Positions 56,330 through 64,000 of a stretch of DNA of 64,000 nucleotides are shown here, one piece after another. How positions within the stretch are numbered: the first letter of the stretch is position 1; every line of letters begins with the position of its first letter. Source of the stretch: Blastocystis sp. Blastoise (taxonomy: Eukaryota; Protista; Bigyra: Opalinata); the NCBI GenBank assembly GCA_039096225.1, contig JBBPEB010000005.1, positions 930,001 through 994,000 of the forward strand, read 5' to 3'. The notes under the pieces were generated by a model, which saw only the letters and a program-made list of their open reading frames with translations, had not been told where the DNA came from and ran no database searches. The position numbers were made by a program, and so were the translations under genes.

Positions 56330-58126
56330 TTAATAAAATTTAAATTGAATTCCATGAAAATGCTTTTTAGGGACTTTGACTTTAAAGAATGCATTACCTT
56401 TATGTTTTTTCAATAAACCATGACCCCGATGAATAGGCTCTAAAGGAGGCATAGTAGAAAGACTACGTAATGCATAAGTATCTGAATTATTCATAACTAT
56501 AGGTGTAGAGTTTTCATCTTGGGTATTCTGTTGCATAAGAGATGCTTGAGTATTCGTTAATTCTGAATCTGTTGTATTATTATGTAAATGATCAGGTAAT
56601 AATTGTTTATTACGTATAAAACGATTATAACGATCTCTAGAATTCTCTGGAACTTCTTCAGATTCTAATGTACATCCTACAGGTAATTCATTTTCTAAAT
56701 CTGTTTTATCTGGATAATGATGCTTTAATAGATCTTTATAATATCTTAATGTAATCATTATAGTATCATTATCTGATGAATATTGTTCTAATGTAGATAA
56801 TATCGATTCTGATTTCATATTGAAATTCTCTTTACCAAATACATCTTCATAGTCTTCTTCATATTGTTCTATACGATCATTAAATCGTTTACATAAAAAT
56901 AATAATTTATTTAATTGATTAATTTCTCTTGTATAAGTAATATTATTCATATCAATATGAAATGTTCTTGTTTTATTATCTAAATCTTGCAATTTAGTTG
57001 AATGAGAAGATAAATAAGGAGATATATAATTTTCCATATGTGTTGATTGACTATGTAACATCTTCATAATCGAATTTTCAAAGAGTTCTACACCTTTAGA
57101 TTCGTGTTCTGAATCATTATGTTGGAATTGTGCTTCTCTTGATAATCTATAATAATATTGAGCAAATAAATGTCTTATAATATCACAACCATTAATTAAA
57201 GAATTATTCTGTTGTGTTTTATAAATCCAGCCTAAATGAGGTTTTATATATTCATCACCAAATTTCAAATCACGTACTTTACCACCATTCTCAGTAACAA
57301 ATAAATAATGTCTTGGAAATAAACGTAAGGATCTAGCTAAGACATTTAGATATTCTTCTGATAAATATTGATAAGTAGGATATTCATTCTTACCAATTTC
57401 AAATCGATTCTTTGTATCATTCACATGAATAGTCAAAGTATTTAAATCAATATAATTGGTTGTTCTTCTTAAGGATAAAGGAATTTGTTGACCACGAGTA
57501 TAGATTACACAATCATTATAATCATTACGAGCACATAATGTATCATAAGTTAAAACTAATAAATAACTATTCACATAATATAAATCATTAGGATTCTCTA
57601 AATAATTCTTTTTGGTGATATTAATGATTTCTCCCCAATCAGCTTCACAATTAATAATTTTCTGAGTGATTTCATAATGTCTTGAATAAGTAGCATCAAT
57701 TTGTAAAGAACCCCATAAATGTTCCCATTTCTTTATATTTTGTGGAGTAAATGCTTTATAATTAATGATATCTTCATCATCTGTACAAATAGATATATTC
57801 TTCATTATATAAGTAATCATTTGCATATAATTAGCTACAGTAGTATTGGATAATCCACCTTGTTGTCCAGGAGCTTCTGTTTGTGTATGTTGCATAACAT
57901 TTTGAAATTGAAATGGATCTGTTAAGACTTCTACACAAAAGAATGGTTCTTCCATATCATCTATTTGAATTCGTTCTTCATTACGAAATTTCTTACATAT
58001 TGTCTTTATCCATTTCTTCCAATTTATACTTGTTGATAATTGTATTTTCTTCCAATGTAATAATTGATCTATACAATTTGTAAAGAATTCTTCACAATCT
58101 TTATCTGAATAACCTGTTGATTGCAT
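56330..58126 (-). CDS. Tyrosine recombinase, long form (copy 2)
   Basis: Homologue of 23423-25219; changes are confined to the C-terminal extension. Confidence 0.75.
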   Translation of the reverse strand: MQSTGYSDKDCEEFFTNCIDQLLHWKKIQLSTSINWKKWIKTICKKFRNEERIQIDDMEEPFFCVEVLTDPFQFQNVMQHTQTEAPGQQGGLSNTTVANYMQMITYIMKNISICTDDEDIINYKAFTPQNIKKWEHLWGSLQIDATYSRHYEITQKIINCEADWGEIINITKKNYLENPNDLYYVNSYLLVLTYDTLCARNDYNDCVIYTRGQQIPLSLRRTTNYIDLNTLTIHVNDTKNRFEIGKNEYPTYQYLSEEYLNVLARSLRLFPRHYLFVTENGGKVRDLKFGDEYIKPHLGWIYKTQQNNSLINGCDIIRHLFAQYYYRLSREAQFQHNDSEHESKGVELFENSIMKMLHSQSTHMENYISPYLSSHSTKLQDLDNKTRTFHIDMNNITYTREINQLNKLLFLCKRFNDRIEQYEEDYEDVFGKENFNMKSESILSTLEQYSSDNDTIMITLRYYKDLLKHHYPDKTDLENELPVGCTLESEEVPENSRDRYNRFIRNKQLLPDHLHNNTTDSELTNTQASLMQQNTQDENSTPIVMNNSDTYALRSLSTMPPLEPIHRGHGLLKKHKGNAFFKVKVPKKHFHGIQFKFY

Positions 58127-58193
58127 TATTAAAAATTAAATTATTTATAAACAAAACAAATTTATTATTTAGATTTTATAACATTTCATAGAA

Positions 58194-58616
58194 TTATAAA
58201 TGAAGAGATTGCACAATAGAATCAACACTTATATTTAATTTCATTAATTGAACAGCTAATTCTTGTATTGATTCATTTTGATTCGAATCAATTTCTTCTA
58301 ATTCATTCAAGACTTCTGATATATGTTTGACTTCTTCTTCTATAATAGTTTGTTGTATTTTCATTGTCTTATAATAGACTTTCTTTGTTTGTGGATTACA
58401 ACAATTACAATGAATATCTATATTTTTAACAATTAATTGAAAGAATTCAGTTGATTTCTCAAATAAACATTTTATAGCTTTTATAATAAATTCTAATAAA
58501 GTATTTTTCTTTTCTATTTCTTCTTCGGATAATGTGGTTGTTGTTGAACTATCTGAACTTGTTGAACTTGTACTTGATAAAGAATGTAAGGATTCAGATA
58601 CAGATTTAGGCTCCAT
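58194..58616 (-). CDS. Hypothetical 140-aa protein (copy 2)
   Basis: Identical to copy 1. Confidence 0.8.
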   Translation of the reverse strand: MEPKSVSESLHSLSSTSSTSSDSSTTTTLSEEEIEKKNTLLEFIIKAIKCLFEKSTEFFQLIVKNIDIHCNCCNPQTKKVYYKTMKIQQTIIEEEVKHISEVLNELEEIDSNQNESIQELAVQLMKLNISVDSIVQSLHL

Positions 58617-58686
58617 TTTTTAATAATTTTTAAATGAATAATATAACAAAACATTTTTTTTAAATTTAAATATATCATTAAAATAT

Positions 58687-61122
58687 TTATATATAAGAGA
58701 TAGTTAATAAAACAACACAAGGATAATCACATGTTATAAAGAACATATTATCATGAGGTAATAACTTTAATAATTTACGATTACAATAATAAACATTCTT
58801 ATTAATCTTATTTGATATACCTTCATATTTAATACCATTCGAATAGTAATAAGGTAGATTTGTAGTATCTATAACATGAATATTATTCTCATATTCATTA
58901 GTAAAACATCTTAATGAAATAGGATATAAGTAATCAGTGGATTGACCATACACTGATATAATTTGTATATTCGTTAAGTATTGATATCCATAGACATTGG
59001 TTTTCTTCAATTCATAAATTAAATTCTTACTAGTACTAAAATCACAATACACTTCATCATAAGCTTTGAAACGTATATCACTACCATTCGGTTCACATAT
59101 ATTACAAATGATATTTCCTTTGAATAATTCATCAAATCTTAAATCTATATTATGATCAATTGTGATTGGAGAATTTATATTACTATAAGTAACATATTTA
59201 TCAGATAAAGGAAAACTAAATGTAGGATAATAAGATCCATTTATATATCCAGTACATAATTTAGATGCATTTGTTTGGATCGTATCAGTATCATTCTGAA
59301 TAATAATATCTTTTAAAATCTTATTCTGGATATTCAATGTAGGATATTCAGCATAGAATTGTGTGTCTGCTGTTAAACAATTCAAACATAATTTCTTAAT
59401 GGTTTCACTAGGTTGAATCGTATCGACTGTATCAGAGAATTCTAAGAATCCTCTTAAGATACAATTATTATTGAAATTCACATATTGTTTATTCTTATCA
59501 GTATATCGTATTGTAATATCTTGAATAGTATTTAAATAAGGAGACACATTAATATTCATAATATCATGAAATTCATTATTTCCTTTATAATTATTCACAT
59601 TGAATGAATATAAAGAATTCTGACTATTATCTACTATATTCGATTGAGCTATTAACATTCCCTTTGGACGACTACTATCAATATTATGAACACCATAATT
59701 AATAATTTCATCATGACCTAATTTATTATAACCTAAGATTTCACCTAATTCTTGAGCTTGAGAGAAATCTATATGATAACTATCAGTATAACACTTATAA
59801 TTACCATCTAAATCAAGTGTTTTCAAATCAACTATTTTGTCTGGTATTAATTGTTTACCATAAGATACATACCAAGCAAAACATCCTTGTTCATCATAAA
59901 CTAAATCAGGACGTATATTATGTAGAGCACCACGATACTTAAATAAGGAGTGCTCTATATCTGTAGCTGTAAATGTGAATGACGTAGAATCAGTACCTTT
60001 ACAAGATAAATATATTATATATCCATCCTTATTGTCCATAGTCTGAGCATCTTTGGATATACTTAAATAATCCGTATAAATTGTATTATTGATTGAACTT
60101 TCTAATAATTCATAGAATTCGTTTTCTGTGTAATTTCCAGGAGGAACAGTGAATGTAGTTTCATGAACACCATCATAACCACTCAATTGTCGAACAATCA
60201 TTGTATTATATCCATCTTCCACTGTAACTGTTCTTTTAATTCTATTTAATGTAATTTCATCTTGAAGTGAAGTATATGTCAATGTTTCTGAATCTTCAAA
60301 TAAGCCAGTGAATAATTGATTTTCTAAACTGAGTATATTATTACTTGACCATTGGAAATAAAATTTATGTTCATTAGCTAATACACATTTCATAATTCCA
60401 TTAGAACCTTGTGTTGGAACAATATAACTTGAATGATCACTCACACCATCAGTAAAGAATTCATTCAATTCATAGATTCCTGTTGATGTAACAGGAACAT
60501 TATAAGAAGTTAATTGAGGTCGATATATGGTTATAGTATCATCATCATATCTCATCATTAAACGATTAAATTTATCACCCCATTTAGCTGATACACAACA
60601 TACAGCTATCCACCAAAACTCTATATCCGTATAAGTACCTTTTGGAAAGCAAAAACCACGTCTTTTATTATAAATTGTAATTTCACAATACCAATCATCT
60701 CTATCAATGGTTATTGTTGGGGCTTCATTAATTTTGACAGTGGGATCAATATCAGGAGAATCTTTTATTACTGGTCTATCACATACATCAAAATGACATA
60801 GTTCTAATAATTGTGGAATTGAATAATTTTTCTGATCTAAAGTGATTGTGTATACGTTATTATTTCCATTAACACGAGTATTTATATATTTGAAAATTTG
60901 TGTTTTTGTGAATGTATCAAATAGAGGCACACTTTCACTACCAATTAAATTAAGATCAATATAAGAAATGATATTTTTAGTGATATCAATAGAATTCGAT
61001 AAATGTATATTGAATTGATTATCAATACAACGAACATCAATAGGGACTACATGTGTTTTAATACGAGTATCCTTCTCTTCTAATGAAGTCTGTTCTTCTT
61101 GATTATCTTCATCAAGTTCCAT
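58687..61122 (-). CDS. Large penton-like/spike protein, intact, 811 aa
   Basis: Repeated penton-type motifs (QKNYS, PKGTYT, PPGNYT) and a penton-like block IAQSNIVD...IQDITIRYTDKNKQYVNFN, followed by ~250 extra residues. Confidence 0.6.
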   Translation of the reverse strand: MELDEDNQEEQTSLEEKDTRIKTHVVPIDVRCIDNQFNIHLSNSIDITKNIISYIDLNLIGSESVPLFDTFTKTQIFKYINTRVNGNNNVYTITLDQKNYSIPQLLELCHFDVCDRPVIKDSPDIDPTVKINEAPTITIDRDDWYCEITIYNKRRGFCFPKGTYTDIEFWWIAVCCVSAKWGDKFNRLMMRYDDDTITIYRPQLTSYNVPVTSTGIYELNEFFTDGVSDHSSYIVPTQGSNGIMKCVLANEHKFYFQWSSNNILSLENQLFTGLFEDSETLTYTSLQDEITLNRIKRTVTVEDGYNTMIVRQLSGYDGVHETTFTVPPGNYTENEFYELLESSINNTIYTDYLSISKDAQTMDNKDGYIIYLSCKGTDSTSFTFTATDIEHSLFKYRGALHNIRPDLVYDEQGCFAWYVSYGKQLIPDKIVDLKTLDLDGNYKCYTDSYHIDFSQAQELGEILGYNKLGHDEIINYGVHNIDSSRPKGMLIAQSNIVDNSQNSLYSFNVNNYKGNNEFHDIMNINVSPYLNTIQDITIRYTDKNKQYVNFNNNCILRGFLEFSDTVDTIQPSETIKKLCLNCLTADTQFYAEYPTLNIQNKILKDIIIQNDTDTIQTNASKLCTGYINGSYYPTFSFPLSDKYVTYSNINSPITIDHNIDLRFDELFKGNIICNICEPNGSDIRFKAYDEVYCDFSTSKNLIYELKKTNVYGYQYLTNIQIISVYGQSTDYLYPISLRCFTNEYENNIHVIDTTNLPYYYSNGIKYEGISNKINKNVYYCNRKLLKLLPHDNMFFITCDYPCVVLLTISYI

Positions 61123-61211
61123 ATTTTTTTATTAAATTATAATTTATATTTATTTATAAAAATTATTTAATTTTATTTATTTATTAATATTTTCTTAAAA
61201 TAAAAATAAAT

Positions 61212-62705
61212 ATGAGAATCTTAAGAATTAAAGATAATATTCCTATTCAAAGCAATACTGATATTCTATCTAGTCCTTATATCTTTCAATATCATTGGAC
61301 TAATGTGGATAATACTTATATCAATTTCAATCAATCCTATTTGGATCTTACTGTCAAGGCAACTGTCACAGATAAAGCTGGACCAGTTTCTGTTTATTTA
61401 GATGAAACAGGTACTTCTGCTAGTTTCACCTATGATCAATTATGTCAATATTTCTTGGATCAATTAGTTCAGAAAGCTAATATTTATTCTATTATTGATA
61501 CTACTGATGTTGAAATGGTTTATACATTACCTGATGGATCTGATCGTGCTTTAAAATATGAAGAAAATTGTACACATGCTTCACGTGGTCGTAAGATGAT
61601 TTTATTAAAAGATATCAGTAAGAATGATTTAGAAAAATCTATGTATGGTGAAGATTTATCTGCAGATACTTATGAATTGAATTCTATTCGTTATATACGT
61701 GCACATCCAAATGAATCTATTCATATTGCTATTCCTTTATATCTCATTAGTGGTTTAGGTGTTGATGGAGATTCTTTAATATTAACTAAACATTTCAATA
61801 TGTTATTTAGAACTAGTACTATTGAATCATTAATTGATAATAAAATGAGTATTTATTTCAAGAATGGTACTGCTACCAAAACTACCGAATGGTTACATTT
61901 AGATGATGAAAAATGGTTTAGTACATTTAAGATTGAATCAGCTACTATGAATTTAATGACTTATAAAGATATTCAGTTCCAATCGAATGAATTATATAAA
62001 ACTATACCTACATGTATTCAAGTTGATTATCAAAATACAAGATTAACTACTAATCATTTCAATATCAATAGAGCTTTACCATTTATACCTGAATATATAT
62101 TATTTTGGTTTACAAATGGTTATAGTTCAACAACTATTAGTAATATAGCTAGTCCAAATGTATGGCCAACATATCAAAGTTGTTTGATTGGTGATGTTCA
62201 AATGTTCCCTCAAACTGAATTCCCTACTCAAATGTATTATCATAATCTTACTACAAAAGGTCATGTCTTCAATAATGCAGAAACTACTAGTTTATCTTGT
62301 CCTAATAAGAATTTATATTGTTTATGGGCTGATAATTCAAATCCTGAAACTATTCTTAAATATGATGAATGGATTAAACATCCTATTTATATTATTCCAA
62401 CAAAATCATTAATGAATATCCAATCAGATAGTGGTATTGAATTGAATTTCGATTGTAATGTTGATGTTCATGATGTTAAATATGAACATATTGATTCATC
62501 CACTGTTCCTGATGGACAAACGTGTCAATGGAAAAGTTACGTTGATCCAACAGATAAAAAGACAAAATATCATTGGGAAGCTGATACTGCCTCTTATAAG
62601 GTAGCTTCTCATGCTGGTATTTATAAACATACTACTACTGATCTAAGTGATAGTTCTCCTTATACCTTACATATGATTGCTGTACGTAGTGTACGTGATA
62701 TTTAA
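61212..62705 (+). CDS. Major capsid protein 2 (copy 2), 497 aa
   Basis: Homologue of 12493-13965. Confidence 0.72.
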   Translation: MRILRIKDNIPIQSNTDILSSPYIFQYHWTNVDNTYINFNQSYLDLTVKATVTDKAGPVSVYLDETGTSASFTYDQLCQYFLDQLVQKANIYSIIDTTDVEMVYTLPDGSDRALKYEENCTHASRGRKMILLKDISKNDLEKSMYGEDLSADTYELNSIRYIRAHPNESIHIAIPLYLISGLGVDGDSLILTKHFNMLFRTSTIESLIDNKMSIYFKNGTATKTTEWLHLDDEKWFSTFKIESATMNLMTYKDIQFQSNELYKTIPTCIQVDYQNTRLTTNHFNINRALPFIPEYILFWFTNGYSSTTISNIASPNVWPTYQSCLIGDVQMFPQTEFPTQMYYHNLTTKGHVFNNAETTSLSCPNKNLYCLWADNSNPETILKYDEWIKHPIYIIPTKSLMNIQSDSGIELNFDCNVDVHDVKYEHIDSSTVPDGQTCQWKSYVDPTDKKTKYHWEADTASYKVASHAGIYKHTTTDLSDSSPYTLHMIAVRSVRDI

Positions 62706-62884
62706 ATTTAATATTTCTTACTTACTATTCTTAACGTTAACTTGTTTAATTAATTCTATTCTATTCTATAATACAATCATTTGTTTTGTTATAAAAATTA
62801 AAATTAATTAATAATTATAAAATATTATTATTTTTTTTATTTTTTATTTTGTTAAAAAGAAATATATAAACAATAATTATTAAC

Positions 62885-64000
62885 ATGGAAGGATTCCCAA
62901 GACAATTCTTACCTTCAAAGGCAAATCAAACTATTAAACCTGTACAAATTCCTATTCTAGTTTCTACAAGTCAGGATTTATTAAATCAACCTTATCCATT
63001 TGAATTCTTATATAATTCAGTGGATAGCCCTTATATTGATTTCAGTAATTCATTCTTAGAACTGAATTTCAATATTACTGGTACTAGAGACAAAAATTCA
63101 ACATCTTCAGTTGTACAACATTCTAATATCTATAGTATTATTGATAAGATTACTACAGATCTTACATTTGTATCTCCGACGGGTCAAGATATTCTTATTA
63201 ATTATTCTGAATCTTCTATTGAATCCAGTAAAGCAAGAAAATTTGTTACTATTAAAGAATTAAGTAAAGATGAAATTGATAAATCTATGTATAGTATGAC
63301 AGAATGCTTATATAATAACACGTTGAGTAGTATTGCTGGAATGGAAATGAAAGAAAAAGCTCAAGTTATTATTCCTTTATCTCTTATTACTGGTCTTGGT
63401 ACATTTGATTGTGCTATTAAAGTAAAATCTTTGAAGATGCAATTCGTTACAAATTATTTAAAGAATCTATTTACCGGTACCACTGTAATCACTGCATTGA
63501 AATTTGATCGTGTTTATATTCATCTTCAACAAATCTATGATATTAATTTTGGTAATGATCCACGTGCTTTGATTAAATGTATTCCTAATAATTGTCAGAT
63601 ATCTGCATTCACTACACCTGTTTATTCACAAGCATCAGTATCAGGTACACCAACTCCACAACAATTCTTATCCAATAGAAGTGTTGTTTTCGTTCCTGAT
63701 TATTGTATGTTATACTTCACAAATCAAGAGAAGAGCATGATTCCTATTAAAACTGAATTATTAAAATCATGTCAATTCCAAATTGGTGGTCAAAATATCT
63801 TACCAAAGACGGATTTCCCTACTACGTATAAAACAACGAATCCATCACAAATTATTCCTAATGCTATGCTTTATAATACTTGGAGATGTAATAGTCATCC
63901 TCAATCTCCTTTAAACGGTGAAAAGTGGTATGAACAACCTATTTATATATTCCCTATTTCAAGTGTTGTTGATGTCAATACGCGTAGTGGTTGTGAAGTT
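62885..64000 (+). CDS. Major capsid protein 1 (copy 2), 3'-truncated by the window
   Basis: ATG at 62885 (MEGFPRQFLPSK...), open to the window end; homologue of 11099-12322. Confidence 0.75.
   Translation, partial: MEGFPRQFLPSKANQTIKPVQIPILVSTSQDLLNQPYPFEFLYNSVDSPYIDFSNSFLELNFNITGTRDKNSTSSVVQHSNIYSIIDKITTDLTFVSPTGQDILINYSESSIESSKARKFVTIKELSKDEIDKSMYSMTECLYNNTLSSIAGMEMKEKAQVIIPLSLITGLGTFDCAIKVKSLKMQFVTNYLKNLFTGTTVITALKFDRVYIHLQQIYDINFGNDPRALIKCIPNNCQISAFTTPVYSQASVSGTPTPQQFLSNRSVVFVPDYCMLYFTNQEKSMIPIKTELLKSCQFQIGGQNILPKTDFPTTYKTTNPSQIIPNAMLYNTWRCNSHPQSPLNGEKWYEQPIYIFPISSVVDVNTRSGCEV

Larger units (their letters stand above)
45629..64000. mobile_element. Endogenous Polinton-like virus, copy 2, inverted relative to copy 1, truncated by the window end
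   Basis: Same gene order in reverse complement, starting from the recombinase-side TIR; all visible ORFs are intact. Confidence 0.94.

Overview
Very AT-rich eukaryotic DNA with short GT-AG introns, a tRNA-Pro(AGG) gene and a putative-Ig surface protein gene. The 3'-end motif and that protein suggest a Blastocystis-like stramenopile, which is inference only. The window holds two near-identical, oppositely oriented copies of a ~25 kb endogenous Polinton-like virus (PLV): copy 1 is complete (4492-36041, ~0.9 kb TIRs) and copy 2 runs from 45629 past the window end. The virus encodes two major capsid paralogues, two penton-like proteins, an A32 packaging ATPase, an adenain-like protease, an AEP primase-SF3 helicase, a probable SSB and two tyrosine recombinases; no pPolB or rve integrase was seen. 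Two copies of a 6.4 kb non-autonomous Helitron are present, one disrupting the large penton-like gene of copy 1. Unannotated signals: (1) a gag-pro-like -1 ribosomal frameshift fusing a core polyprotein to the protease (A_AAA_AAC, downstream stem-loop, transframe LRGG site, silent changes between copies); (2) a Pol III RNA with adenovirus VA-RNA-like architecture; (3) heat-shock-element arrays at replication/recombination genes but not capsid genes; (4) 116-nt imperfect hairpins at all viral termini; (5) covarying tRNA-like cloverleaves and four precise intron losses inside the Helitron.
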